Shown: positions 27,063 through 40,890 of the stretch, one piece after another
How the letters are laid out: every line of letters begins with the position of its first letter
Position numbering within the stretch: the stretch's first letter is position 1
NCBI GenBank assembly: GCA_964016885.1
Contig: OZ024745.1
Location: forward strand, 26,598,001 to 26,662,000
Origin: Eledone cirrhosa
Taxonomy: Eukaryota
DNA length: 64,000 nucleotides
Direction: 5' to 3'
The notes under the pieces: generated by a model
What the model saw: the letters and a program-made list of their open reading frames with translations, nothing else
Database searches by the model: none
Told to the model about the DNA's origin: nothing
Made by a program: the position numbers and the translations under genes

Positions 27063-28643
27063 CCTATTACATTCTTTCCTGCTCTCCTCTTTCCCGCACT
27101 CCCTCTCTTTTCTTTCTCATTCGCTCTCTTTCTCTCACTCTCACACACTCTTACACCCTTTTCTTCTTATTCCTTCTCTTCCTCTCATTCTCTCTTCCCT
27201 CACACTCTCTCACACTCTCCCTCACTCCGTTTCTTTTTTTCTCAATACCGCTCTTTTCTTTCTCATTCGCTCTCTTTCTCCCACTCTCACACACCTCTTG
27301 CATCCTTTTCTTCTTCTTCCCTCTCTTCCTCTCATTTTCTCTTCCCTCACACTGTCTCACATTCTCTCTCACCCTCCTCTCACCCCCTCTTCCCCCCTCT
27401 CTCCTCCCTTCTATTTGTCTCTCTGTGTCATTCTTCCCTGGTTCATTTCTCCACTTTTCTACTCACATTTTTATGTATTCATTTGTTTTCTGTTATTCAT
27501 ATTTATTTCAGTTATTCTCCTCTCCGTTCTTCCACCTGTTACATTTTTTAACCAAAATTTCATCTTTAGTCCCCACTTCATGGCTAGTCTAAGTTTTCTG
27601 TAAAACTGCTCACTGTTATCTGTCAACTTGTTCATTTAATGTATGTTTACTTACCAAAGTATAATATTTTCGTTTATAAACTTTTCGCGCTAATCTTTCA
27701 AACAACCTTACAATAACAACAGCAACTACAACAACAACAGTAAAATCAACTACAACAAAAAACGGTAAGTAGTCAATCGGTGGAGGGAGCGTAGCCTCTT
27801 TGAAGGTTGTTTGGCTTTTCTATAGAATAGAACAGAACCAAAATTACACTCCACCGTCTTAAAACAAATAAAGGACGGATATTTTGGACGACATAGGCAC
27901 AAAATGATCTTGACTAGAATGCCATCGGCCTTATCACAGCTGAACTGCGGCTAAACAACTTCAACACCAACATTGACAACAACACAAAATAACAATATGT
28001 TATACAAAGATATCAAAGACAACTGAAGCCATTAAAAAAAAAAAAATGTAGACGCAAAGATAAGAAACTTAATGAACGAAATTAAAAATAGCCATTACAG
28101 GAATCATTAACACCATATAATCCATTGAAACCACGAGACCTGCATGCGATCACTCAACATGCCAGAAATGACAGGTAAATCTCCTTTATATCATGTTTAA
28201 CATAAAGGCACACTAGACAATATGTTGCTGGAACTTCCAAAGGACGGAATGTTCACAGCAAAATAGTCTTTTATCATAGATCAGCTCTTGTTTGAGGGTT
28301 TCAGCCAACGCTGATTTAGCAGATCTATATTACAGTAGGTGTTGATCAAAGGAATCAGAAATTCCTATTGTGACCACTCCATCTTTCTTAAAATGCAAGT
28401 TTTCATTCTAAGATTTGGTACTTAACGCATACGTAGTTTTGTTGCATTTTAAGATGGTGAGAAGTTATTTGATGATAGATATTTAACTGTTTTATAGAGA
28501 TCATCTTGAGGGGCACTTTACGAAGAAGAGCTTCCACATTCCGGTTTTAGTTACCCTTTTAACTATTTTACTACATTAGTACTTATCGGTGCAGATCATT
28601 CTAGGGATTAATTCAAATTCCACTTTCATTATTTTTCTCTTTA

Positions 28644-28830
28644 GACGGTGGATTGGCAGTATCGGTAGAGGGTCGGACGCCATGCTTTCCAGCATAGTTA
28701 CGTCCCTTTACGATCTGAGTTGAAATCCCGCCGAGGTTGACTTTGCCTTTCATCCTTACGGGGTCGATAAAATAAAGTACCAGTAATGCACTGAGTATTT
28801 GCTGGCCTTGTGCCTAACGTAGAAACAATT
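28644..28830 (+). mobile_element. tRNA-derived CORE-type SINE with ~18-bp TSD
   Basis: Family match. TSD attatttttct(c/t)tttaga on both sides. Confidence 0.92.
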
Positions 28831-28904
28831 ATTTTTCTTTTTAGATATAAGAATTATTTTCCTAAGTGTACAGCAGAAATCTTTTCTGAAAACAGAGAAC
28901 TATA

Positions 28905-29264
28905 TACGACGGTCAACTGAAAAGGTCATAGGCTGACTATGGTGGATTGATGCTAGAGCTGTGAAATCTTGAATACATTAATTTCAACTCTTCTTATTAA
29001 TAACTGCATTGTATCTTTCCAGGGACTATGTTGAAAAAATAAACCCCATCTGGCCATTCCATGAGAGTATCTTGATTAGCCTAACTTTTCAACCTATGAA
29101 GGATTGATGTTAGAGCTGTGAAATCTTGCATACATTAATTTCAATTCTTCTTATTAGTCACTGCAGTGTATCTTTTCAGGGACTATGTTGAAAAAAGAAA
29201 CCTCCTTTAGTCATTCCATGAGAGTATCTTGGTCAACCTAACAACTTTTCAGCCAACTCTCGTA
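28905..29264 (+). mobile_element. Tc1/mariner-type MITE with an internal ~155-bp tandem duplication
   Basis: Imperfect TIRs ta-cgacggtcaactgaaaagg / aacttttcagccaactctcg-ta. The body is shared with 32747 and 53680. Confidence 0.7.
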
Positions 29265-30049
29265 CTTCCCCGGATGAAAGAAAGGGTCATATTTAGTTGA
29301 TTAGAACTCAGAAATACACCATTAAACGAGATGCTGTCAATGTTTTAAATCCATTTCCAGCTGACTGTGGTTTTTATTCACATTCCTTACAATACAACAA
29401 TAACTACGATAACAATATCTACAATAACCATAATAACTACAACAGCAAAAAAAGCGATGATATCCAGAGCTAGATTAACTAACACCAGAGAATAATCAGG
29501 AAGAAATAGATGTAATCCAGTCTTCAGCATTGACATCATCAACAACAATATCAATAATAAGGAAAACGAAGTAAAATACAACACAAGCAGTCTTAACAAC
29601 AAATGCTAGAAACACACCAACTGCTGTTTCTCACTTTATCTGCTTTACATTCTAACATGGCTGAACTCTGAGAAAACCACGTGACAATTCTCCAACAGAT
29701 GTGACATATTACAGAAGACAAAAAGCACGTTTCAAGAACCTTTATATAAAAAAAAGTAATAGCCGAGTAGCCAGCCCTTAGCTTATCATTCAATGTGGGA
29801 GATTAGGAAACAAGCGGAGACGAAATACATAGAACTCTGTATATGATATAATTTCTTCTTCTGAATGTTTCTTTCTTTTGTTTTTGTTTTTTGTTTGTTT
29901 TCTCTTTGCTGTCCGTCACACACATTTTTACATGCACAGCACTCGCTATATTTCTACTTTATTTTGCCTCCTTATTTATATTTCGCATCACTATCGAATC
30001 CATTAATCCACCGCCATCTGGCGTTATATAATAATTTAAAGGGAAAGGG

Positions 30050-30219
30050 GAAGTCGATTAAATTGCACCCAGGGCCTTATTAGTACTTTTTTTTATCGAC
30101 ACCGCAAGGATGAAAAGCAAATCTAACATCGACTGGATTTGAACTGAGAACGTAAAAGTACGTAACTATATGCCGCAATGCATGTTGTCCGATGATCTAC
30201 CAATACTGCCAATCCACCG
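30050..30219 (-). mobile_element. Diverged CORE-type SINE
   Basis: Reverse complement of the family head (ccaatactgccaatccaccg) and core (ttatcgacaccgcaaggatgaaaagcaa). Confidence 0.8.
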
Positions 30220-30624
30220 ACCTTGGATTTGAATAGGAATAACAACAAACTACAAAGATTGTAATACTGTTGACTTCGTTTCATAAACCACGCGTAGTGA
30301 TTGCCTTGCCTACACAGCGCAACAAAGTTACTCAAAATGAAGGCCTATTTGAAAATGCGAAGATTATATGTTTTTCATTATAATCAGCCCCAAATATCCC
30401 GACATTTTCACAAAGTTTAAAACACTACTGAATTACCATTTAGAAATCGCTATCATTCACTTACAATCCAGAAAACCAGAAAACACGTCAATGTGCATGT
30501 GTCATCAGTATAAATCCGTTTATTAAACAGAAACACCATACTGTGATGCACACCACCAGAGATTAATTACGGGGGAAATACAAATCTCACACCTCGACAG
30601 TGTTTGTTTTACATATCTCTCAGA

Positions 30625-30773
30625 CAGTCGAGGAACGGCTACCTTTTTCGAGCAGTGGGCCGCATAGGGTGTGGCTTATCATATGGCGGGCCGCGCTACT
30701 AAAAAATTCAAGTCAATTTTGGAATTGGGCGGGCCATTCAGAAAGCCAAACGGGCCGCAGCTTGCCTATGACT
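30625..30773. mobile_element. Possible hAT-type MITE
   Basis: GC-rich island with cagtc/gactg ends and repeated cgggccgc motifs. Confidence 0.4.
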
Positions 30774-31658
30774 GCTCTACATCATATCTGCCACAATTTC
30801 ACCCAGCATCTTACAAAAGGAAGTGCACATTGTATAAGGAATTCCTGGATAAAGACTGGAAGATTATGGCTGGAATGTCATTCATTGCATGTATTATTTA
30901 TTAGGTTTGACATAAGGCAAAACAATTACAACAAAGATGACAACAATAACAAGCGAGCTACATCTACTGAACGCCCACATTACACGATAAAACATTGCAT
31001 CTCAAAGTACACAGTGTGGTTTTCTCCTAATAAGAGGCAAAGTAGATCTGTTGAACAGTAGAATTGTTGACCAGAAGATCAGTTGACCGGTAGATCTGTT
31101 GACAAGTAGATCTGTTGACCGACAATATATGTGGCATGTATCTGCTAGATCAGAGATGATCTGGGGCTAAATAAGAACAAACACAATAGTCATCATAATG
31201 ATTTCTATCATAGATACAAGATCTAAAATGCTCGGGAAAAAGTCGGTTGCTTATATCTACACAGTGTGTGACTGGTATCTTATTATATGATCCAAATACG
31301 TAAATAATACTGGCTGTATAGGACTAGAATAAAATTAGAAAGAAATAAAAACAATCACCTTTCGTTTCTTGTACCTTTTTGTTTTGATTTCTTATAAGGT
31401 TCTGAGGCTTTAGAGTGAATTGAGTCTTACAGATTTAATAATTTTGTAAAACTGAGAAGACAGATGTCAGCACAGATTCGTCAAAAAGAGAATCCCTACT
31501 TTCGGTGAAAGACATTCTGTCATCGGTGATATTAAATTTCATGGTAGGTACGACCGCTTAAATTATCAGAAGCACGATCATTATTTCACACGCACGCGCG
31601 AGTACACACGCACACACACACACACATATATATATGTGTGTATGTGTGTGTGTGTACA

Positions 31659-31729
<71 letters not shown>

Positions 31730-31775
31730 TTATAAAAATATATATATATATTTTTAATTATATTTATATATATAT

Positions 31776-32219
31776 ATACGATATATTAACAAATGGAAAC
31801 TATATTTATAAAACCATATTTATTTCATTATACATATGTCAAGGACACCAAGTTAAATTATGGTGTGCTTTCATCAGATAAAATATAATATAGAGCAGTT
31901 TTATAAATAAATATTGACATACCCTTAAAGAATGCGACCATTTCTGTTGGAAGCTCCCGGATAGAAATGGTTGCATTCTTTAAGGGTATGTCAATATTTA
32001 TTTATAAAACTGCTCTATATTATATTTTATCTGATGAAAGCACACCATAATTTAACTTGGTGTCCTTGAAATATGTATAATGAAATAAATATGGTTTTAT
32101 AAATATAGTTTCCATTTGTTAATATATCGTATTTTTACTCCAATAATTTGTTGAGTGCTTTATATCAGTTATAAAAATATTTGCTTCTTGTATCCCAACA
32201 ATTTAAATATAACTTCTAC

Positions 32220-32222
<3 letters not shown>
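31776..32222 (+). mobile_element. Fold-back HHR element: 170-bp arms (31776-31945 / 31963-32132) plus a 90-bp extension, in (TA)n
   Basis: Near-perfect palindrome, homologous to 33227-33522. Confidence 0.88.
32023..32087 (+). ncRNA. Type-I hammerhead ribozyme; the mirror copy at 31821-31885 has GAAA changed to GACA
   Basis: tattttat-CTGATGA-aag-c-acacca..tggtgt-c-ctt-GAAA-T-ATGT-A-TA-atgaaata. Confidence 0.82.
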
Positions 32223-32264
<42 letters not shown>

Positions 32265-32512
32265 CATATGTAGGTACATATATAGATACATACATAGATA
32301 CATACATATATATAGAGAGAGACAGAGAGAGGGGGAATGGGGGAGATGGAGATATGGATACGTAGATAGATGGTGTGCGCGAATGTAGTATGCATGTAGC
32401 AAACGTTTGATATGGGTTGGTAGTATTGGTTATCACATACACATACAATACATACTTCTAATATATAAGCTTTCTCGTATTTTACCCATAATACAAACTT
32501 GAACAATGTATT

Positions 32513-32652
32513 CATAGAGTTATGGCCCTTTACACTCTGAGTTCAAATCCGCCGAGATTAACTTTGCCTTTCATCCTTACGGGGTTGATAAAATAAAGGA
32601 CCTGTAATGCACTGGGTAATTGCTGGCCTTGTGTCTAAAGTAGAAACAATTA
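32513..32652 (+). mobile_element. 5'-truncated CORE-type SINE
   Basis: Family match from catagagtt to gtagaaacaatt. Confidence 0.88.
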
Positions 32653-32653
32653 T

Positions 32654-32746
<93 letters not shown>

Positions 32747-32749
<3 letters not shown>

Positions 32750-32955
32750 GAGGGTCGGGGCTGCAAAAAGGTTCACAGGCTGACTATGAAGGAAGAAAGC
32801 CGGAATCTTGCATGCATAAATTTCAACTCTTCTTATTAATATATGCATTGTTTCTTTCCAGAGCCCTTGTTGAATATTAAACCTCATTTCACCATTTCAT
32901 AAAAGTGTCTTAGTCAGCATATGAACTTTTCAGCAACTGAACTTTTCGACCGATC
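32747..32955 (+). mobile_element. Mariner-type MITE copy
   Basis: Starts tacgagggtcgg. Body aatttcaactcttcttattaat..gcattgtttctttccag is shared with 28905. Confidence 0.65.
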
Positions 32956-33178
32956 CATGTGTGTCTAATGTAGAGACCTAATTTTAAGAACGAATGAAGA
33001 AAATTACCTGATTTTTAAAAAGAGGGATATCTAGAAGAAAAGACAGGCAGTGACAGATTTATCCCCCAAATATATTACCTAGAAAGTCATTAGGTGTATT
33101 TAATTACCAAGCAACAGGATCACGAATATGTTCTATCACTGACACATCTTACATACTTACGAATGTATATTTATAAAA

Positions 33179-33226
<48 letters not shown>

Positions 33227-33229
<3 letters not shown>

Positions 33230-33522
33230 ACCGTTGTTTTTGGAGGCCATCCGGATAGCCTCCAAAAACAACGGTCACCTTTTTGAAAGGGTACGTCAAT
33301 ATCTATTTGTAAAACTGTTATATATTGTATTTTGTCTGATGAAGGCATACCATGATTTAACTTGGTATCCTTGAAATATATATAATGAAATAAATATGGT
33401 TTTATAAATATAGTTTCCATTTATTAATATTCTATATGTACTCCAAATATTTGTCGAGTGCTTTATATCAGTTATAATAATATTTGCTTGTTGTATCCCA
33501 ACAATTTAAATAGAACTTTTGC
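33227..33522 (+). mobile_element. Second copy of the fold-back HHR family, with only a 21-bp inverted arm
   Basis: gtgaccgttgtttttggaggc-catccggata-gcctccaaaaacaacggtcac, followed by a body homologous to 31963-32222. Confidence 0.88.
33328..33392 (+). ncRNA. Type-I hammerhead ribozyme
   Basis: tattttgt-CTGATGA-agg-c-atacca..tggtat-c-ctt-GAAA-T-ATAT-A-TA-atgaaata. Stem II shows a C-G to T-A compensatory change versus 32023. Confidence 0.85.
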
Positions 33523-33607
33523 ATATATATATATATATATATATAGTTATAGTTATAGTTATATTGTTGTTAATTTGATGCAGACAAACTTTATTTGTGG
33601 TGGTTTG

Positions 33608-33765
33608 TAGGCAGCAAATTAATAAAATCTTTAGTACGTTCGATAGAATGCTTCACCGTATTTTTTCTGACTCTGCGTTCTGAGTTGAAATACAGCCGAA
33701 ATAAACGTTGCCTTTCATCCGTTTGCGGTCAATAGATAAAGTGCCAGTCCAATGAGGATTGAATT
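33608..33765 (+). mobile_element. Old diverged CORE-type SINE
   Basis: ttctgagttgaaatacagccga..gcctttcatccgtttgcggtcaatagataaagtgccagt. Confidence 0.7.
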
Positions 33766-33778
33766 CTTACTCCCTCTT

Positions 33779-33869
<91 letters not shown>

Positions 33870-35894
33870 TTCTTCTCTCGATGAAATTGGCTGTGTTTAG
33901 ACCTGGAGAGGGCTGGACTCCCACCACATTTAATTGCCCAAGAGACTCCGATGTCATGACGATGCCTCTGCGATTCCATCATGAGTTCAGGGCCCATGAC
34001 ATGGTTGGAACGGGACAGGTGATTGTCGGTTCTCTTGTGCTTGTACAGTCGTATCTTGTCTGTTACAGATTGAATGAAAATGGACAGTTCAGTTCGGGTA
34101 TTATTGCTTGCATGTAACATAAATAGCAGCTAAAAGTTTCTTAGATCAGGCTCTACTGCTTCTATAAAGTTATGTTATGATTTTTTTTCTGACGAGATTC
34201 GATCAAGCATTGAAAGAAGGGCTGGCTTAGAAGAACATGGTGACAATAGTTAACGAAGCTAGTAACCGCAGTAATTGCTATGCCATTTCGGAATATCACC
34301 CATATTAATTTTATAGTAAAACTGCTGAATAAAGAGAGCTAGTCCAGTTCTCTATCTTCTATACCCATCTGATGCTTAAACTGTGCATGTTTGTGGGTAT
34401 CTAAGGATGTGTAGCTGCGTTTGTATATTATATGTAGGTGCGATTTGTTTAAATTTATTGTTGTTTTTGTTGTGGTGTTAATAATCACTAGCTGTATAAA
34501 TGACTAACTTGTAAGTGTGTGTATATATTGTGTATGTGTGTATGTGTGTATGTGTTTATGTGTGTATGTGTTTATGTGTGTATATTGGTGTGTCTGTTTG
34601 CATATGTCGATGTCTGTCAGAAAAGCCAAGCGAAACGACATCCAGCATAGACCCTATTGATGCCCATCGCCCACAATGACATAGTGAGGAGGGGGTCCTT
34701 TCTGTCGGGCTATCAGTATTTTTTTACGTGATCTCTTTTCGGAATGTGTCTTTTTTATACTGATTCAGCTGTCACATTGGTCGGCCATCAAATTCACAAG
34801 GGCCTCAGAAGTCGACTCTCTACCTACTACCGAGATTTTTATTGTTGTTGTTTTGTTTTACTTATTGTGTATACATCCCATGTCATTTTCATATGACGGA
34901 GATTCTCGGCAAAACTTTCCCACATAGACTCTATCAACATACACCTCTCTAATAGAACAATCACAACAATGACAGCAGAAATAACACAGAATCTGTCACT
35001 ATGATGCCTCAAGCCCACCAACAAATTACCCATTACTAGACCTCCTCTGAAACATCAGAATTATCACTAGGATAACCAACACACTTGTGCTTTTATGATG
35101 AAGTTGATACCTCAAAACAAATCATTGTCATAGGTAATATCTTACCTTTACTTTACCTACTCAAAAGAAGACATCTGTAAGTAATACCAAATTGCTGTCG
35201 CTACAAAGCTACTTATTAGACTATTAACTCTCATGGCATCATATTTTTACATTTGACCATTACCACCAACACTAATACCACTTCTATCATTAATATCACA
35301 TAATTGCCAATACAATATTACGAGAACGTCTTCAATACCGACTGTCTCTATTTAGGACAAGTTATATCAAGACAAACATGGCTATATCGTTATATATCTT
35401 TAGTACACCATCATCATCCACCAAATAGCATATATCACAAGATATATCACAAGATATACGTGCTAACATCATCATCATCATTGTCATCGGCGTCATCATC
35501 ATCATCTTCATCATTATCATCATCATCATCATCATCATTATCATCATCAACATAATCATCATCATCATTATCATCATCATTATCATCATCAACATAATCA
35601 TCATCTTCTTCATCATCCCCACCTACTACAACCAGTCTGTAACTCATCATAACCCCCACCCCCATAAATTTCAGAATTGACACAATATCACAACATAATA
35701 GAGGAGACATTAAAGACATTTAAGCGACTCCAAGTATTAATTTGGATCGATTATCATATGCTGCAGCGATAATGCTTTTCAGCGATAATGCTTTTACCGT
35801 TTTGTTCACGGGGCCTGTCTCAAACACCGCCCAGACTGGGGTATAGTGGCTATCCCTCTACGCTTCCATTATTTCACTGCTTGAATTAGCAGAT

Positions 35895-36082
35895 CGGTGG
35901 ATTGGCAGAATAGGTAGACCGTCGGACACCCTACTTCGCATCATAGAGTTACGTCCCTTTATGTTCTGAGTTCAAATCGCGCCGAGGTTAACTTTTCCTT
36001 TCATCCTTACGGGGTCGATAAAATAAAGTACCAGTAATGCACTGGGATAATTGCCGGCCTTGTGCCAAAAGTAGAAACAATT
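35895..36082 (+). mobile_element. CORE-type SINE
   Basis: Full-length family match. Confidence 0.9.
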
Positions 36083-36329
36083 TATTTCGCTGCTTGATTC
36101 TTCTTTTTTTTTCTCTTTTTCATATTCTTTTCTCTTCTTCCTTTTCTGTTCCCTCTAGTATTGTGTTTTGTTTTATTAGATACTGCTAACTTACTTTTAT
36201 ATAATGGCGAAGGCCTTTCATGACATTGTGCGACTTTGTATGTAGGAATCAGTTTTAAGTTGCTAGAGAAAAATAATCTGGGATTCGTACAGAAAACGTA
36301 AAGAGACTTAAGTAAATGTCGTATGGACA

Positions 36330-36495
36330 AAGGGTTGGACGCCATGCTTTCGAGCATAGAGTTACGGCCCTTTATGATCTGAGTTCAAATCCCGCCGAGG
36401 TTAACTTTTCTTTTCATCCTTACGGAGTCGATAAAATAAAGTACCAGTAATGCACTGGGATAATTGCTGGCGTTGTGCCAAAAGTAGAAACAATT
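36330..36495 (+). mobile_element. CORE-type SINE, slightly 5'-truncated
   Basis: Family match. Confidence 0.9.
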
Positions 36496-37559
36496 ATAAG
36501 GGAACTTTACCATTTCTGATATTCTAAGGCTTTAAATATTACCGAATATGTGTCAGGAGAATGTGGAGACTAATGCACAAAAGCACTTCTCACACAAATA
36601 AACACACACACATACAGACACACACACATACACACACACACACACATACACATGCACACGCGCGCGCACACATACCACATGTCAATCAATTTATAACTCC
36701 GCCTAGTAGAGATAGGCTTCAATGACATTAAATCAAACAGATTAATTTCTCATTTACTATCGAAATACTGTACAAGCTTAACCGTAGGGTAAAGAATCCT
36801 TATACCACACAGAAACACACACGTAGAAATATATATATATATATATACATATATATATACAAACACACACACACACACGCACACACACACATATATATAT
36901 ATATGTGTATGTATATATACATATACGGATACATACGCACCCACACACACATACACATATATATATTATACACGTACTCATATACGTTTGTGTATAAGTG
37001 TATATATCTTACATACAAACATACATATTCAATTTTCCATATACTCCCACGCAGACACCAACACATACACTCACATTTACAGACATACACACACACGCAC
37101 ACACACACATACACACACACACACTCATACACACATATACACAAGCAGACAACAACACATACACTCACATTCACACATAGGCATTTACAGACATACACAC
37201 ACACACACACACGCGCGCGCAGACACACGCACACACACATATACACAAACACACACACACACACATACACACACACACACATACACACATACACACATAC
37301 ACACACACACATACACACACAAGCAGACACGAACTCACATACACACACAGACACACTCACACACACACACAATCACAGATATCTCTAAAAGTCAAAAAAA
37401 TAAAATATAAAGCCAAAATAAAATACGTAGAAAATATGTAAAAGTAAATAAACGTTTAAAGCTAAACAAATAAAATAGATTGAAAGAATGACACCCGCCC
37501 ACCCACGTACTTTTAGAGTTGACACCAGGGGGGGCTGGGGTAGCAGTGGCTGTCAGGTA

Positions 37560-40244
37560 AGGTGGTGGTATGGTGGTGGTTGTGGCGGTGGTGATGATGG
37601 TATGGTGGTCGTGGTGGTGGTGTTGGTGGTGGTATGGTGGTGTTGGTGATGGTATGGTGGTGGTGGTGGTGGTGGTGGTATTGATGGTGGTAGTGTTGGT
37701 GGTGGTATTGATGGTGGTGGTGGTGGTGGTGGTATGGTGGTGTTGGTGGTGGTATGGTGGTGGTGGTGGTGTTGGTGGTGGTGGTGTTGTGGTGGTGGTG
37801 TGATGGTGGTGGTGGTGGTCGTGGTATGGTGGTGTTGGTGGTGGTATGGTGGTGGTGGTGGTGATGGTGGTGGTGATGGTATGGTGGTGGTGGTGGTGGT
37901 GGTGATGGTGGGGGTGATGGTATGGTGGTGGTGGTGGTGGTGGTGGTGGTGGTGGTGGTGGTGGTGGTGGTGGTATGGTGGTGGTGGTATGGTGGTGGTG
38001 GTGGTGGTGGTGGCGGTGGTGTTGGTGGTGATGATGGTGGTGGTGTGATGGTATTGGTGGTGGTGGTGTGATGGTGGTGGTGGTGGTGGTGGTGGTGGTG
38101 GTGGTGGTGGTGGTGGTGGTGGTGGTGGTGGTATTGATGGTGGTGGTGGTGGTGGTGGTGGTGGTGGTGGTGGTATGGTGGTGGTATGGTGGTGGTGGTG
38201 GTGGTATGGTGGTGGTGGTGGTGTTGGTGGTGGTGTTGGTATGGTGGTGGTGGTGGTGGTGGTGGTGGTAGTAGTGGTGATGGTATGGTGGTGGTGGTGG
38301 TATGGTGGTGGTGGTATGGTGGTGGTGGTGTGATGGTGGTGGTGATATGGTGGTGTTGGTATGGTGGTGGTGGTGGTAGTGGTGGTGATGGTATGGTGGT
38401 GGTGGTGGTGGTGGTGGCGGTGGTGTTGGTGGTGATGATGGTGGTGGTGTGATGGTATTGGTGGTGGTGGTGGTATGGTGGTGTGATGGTGGTGGTGGTG
38501 GTGGTGGTGGTGGTGGTGGTATTGATGGTGGTGGTGGTGGTGGTGGTGGTGGTGAGATAGTGGTGGTGGTGGTGGTATGGTGGTGGTATGGTGGTGGTGG
38601 TGGTGGTGTGGTGGTATGGTGGTGGTGGTGGTGTTGGTGGTGGTGTTGGTATGGTGGTGGTGGTGGTGGTGGTGGTAGTAGTGGTGATGGTATGGTGGTG
38701 GTGGTATGGTGGTGGTGGTATGGTGGTGGTGGTGTGATGGTGGTGGTGATATAGTGGTGTTGGTATGGTGGTGGTGGTGGTAGTGGTGGTGATGGTATGG
38801 TGGTGGTGGTGGTGTGATGGTGGTGGTGGTGGTGGCGGTATGGTGGTGGTGGTATGGTGGCGTTGGTGGTGGTGGTATGGTGGTGGTGGTGGTGGTGGTG
38901 GTGGTGGTGGTTGTGGAGGTGGTGGTATGGTGGTGGTGGTATGGTGGTGGTGGTGTGATGGTGGTGGTGATATGGTGGTGTTGGTATGGTGGTGGTGGTG
39001 GTAGTGGTGGTGATGGTATGGTGGTGGTGGTGGTGTGATGGTGCTGGTGGTGGTGGCGGTATGGTGGTGGTGGTATGGTGGCGTTGGTGGTGGTGGTATG
39101 GTGGTGGTGGTGGTGGTGGTGGTGGTGGTGGTGGTTGTGGAGGTGGTGGTATGGTGGTGGTGGTAATGGTGGTGTGGTGGTGGTGGTGGTGGTGGTGGTG
39201 TCGTGGTGATGATGTGTTGGTGGTGGTGGTGGTATGGTGGTGGTATGGTGGTGGTGGTGGTGGTGGTGGTGGTGGCGGTGGTGGTGCTGGTGGTGGTGGT
39301 GGTATGGTGATGGTGGTGGTGTTGGTGTTGTTGGTGGTGGTATGGTGGTGGTATGGTGGTGGTATGGTGGTGGTGATGGTGGTGGTGGTTGTGATGGTGA
39401 TGGTGGTGGTGGTGTGATGGTGGTGGTGTGATGGTGGTGTTGGTGGTGGTGGTCGTATGATGGTGTGGTGGTATTATGGCGTTATGGTGGTGGTGGTGTG
39501 GTGGTGTGGTGGTGTGGTGGTGGTGGTATGGTGGTGGTGATATAGTGGTGGTGGTGTGATGGTGGTGGTGATATGGTGGTGGTGGTATGGTGGTGGTGGT
39601 GGTAGTGGTGGTGATGGTATAGTGGTGATGGTGGTGTGATGGTGCTGGTGGTGGTGGCGGCATGGTGGTGGTGGTGGTATGGTGGTGGTGGTGGTGGTGG
39701 TGGTGGTGGTGGTATGGTGGTGTTGGTGGTGGTGGTATGGTGGTGGTGGTGGTGGTGGTGGTGGTGGAAGTGGTGGTATGGTGGTGGTGGTGGTGGTGGT
39801 GGTAATAGTGGTGTGGTGGTGGTGTCGTGGTGATGATGGTGTTGGTGGTGGTGGTGATGGTGGTGGTGTTGGTGTTGTTGGTGGTGGTATGGTGGTGGTA
39901 TGGTGGTGGTATGGTGGTGGTGACGGTGGTGGTGGTGGTGATGGTGATGGTGGTGGTGGTTTGATGGTGGAGGTGTGGTGGTGGTGGTCGTCGTCGTATG
40001 ATGGTGTGGTGGTATTATGACGTTATGTTGGTGGTGGTGTGGTGGTGTGGTGATGTGGTGGTGGTGGTATGATGGTATGGTGGTATGATGGTGGTATGGT
40101 GGTGTTGGTGTGCTGGTGTGGTGTGGTGGTGTGGTGGTATGATGGTGTGGTGTTATGATGGCGGTATGGTGGTGGTGGTGGTGATGTGGTGGTATGGTGG
40201 TGTGGTGGAGGTGTGGTGGTGGTAGTGATGTAGATGGTGGTGAT
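37560..40244. repeat. 2.7-kb (GGT)n-based low-complexity array with internal block duplications
   Basis: GGT runs punctuated by ggtat, gtgat and gtgtt. Blocks repeat, for example 38755-38990 and 38990-39160. Confidence 0.95.
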
Positions 40245-40419
40245 AAAAAAGGATATTGATAGTTTATTTTCTATGAAGGAGTGTATATATGTGCGTGTGT
40301 ATTTATGTCCGTATGTATGTATTTGTGTGCGTATTTATGTCCGTATGTGTGTGTGTGTGTGTGTGTGTGTGAGTTTAGCTTGACTCTTAGGCATTGGTTT
40401 TGTATATAGAAAGAACTGA

Positions 40420-40480
<61 letters not shown>

Positions 40481-40699
40481 TGTAGTAGTAGGTGATGTTG
40501 TAGAACTGTGTTAGTGACCAGGTTGCAAACAGTGCGATGAAAACCTCTATCCCCACGTATGCCCCACTGAGCAAGCTACTACTAATTACTTCTATCAATA
40601 TCTCAAGAGCTTCCCCAGTATTCTAACTGCCATTTCACCACCAGCTATTTAAAATTCTTACCATTAAATATGTCCTCCACCTTCTGCCATATCACCCTA

Positions 40700-40890
40700 C
40701 CAGGGCCTTACACTCCTTCCACGCAGCAGCTGCTAGCTGGAAGAGGCCCCGGCGGCAGGCCCCGCACCAGATAGCTAGATGGGATTAAGGAAGATCTGCA
40801 GAGGCTTGACGCCACATGCCAGGATGATGTGGGGCTGGCACGGGACTGTATGTGTGAGACCTCAATCGCTTCTAGCGAGCAAGTTGTAGA
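40700..40890 (+). pseudogene. RTE-clade LINE C-terminal remnant
   Basis: Translation WKRP..GRPRTR*LDGIKEDLQRL..LARD matches the RTE GRP-x2-RW-x-D..A-x-DR tail. Confidence 0.65.

Noticed and set aside
26582-27592. 336-aa hydrophobic ORF
   Set aside because: It is a pyrimidine-rich low-complexity tract with (CT)n and a local duplication.
37513-39663. 716-aa His/Pro/Thr-rich ORF resembling an extensin or His-rich protein
   Set aside because: The (ACC)n strand rarely forms stops, the residue runs switch with repeat phase, and there is no unique domain.
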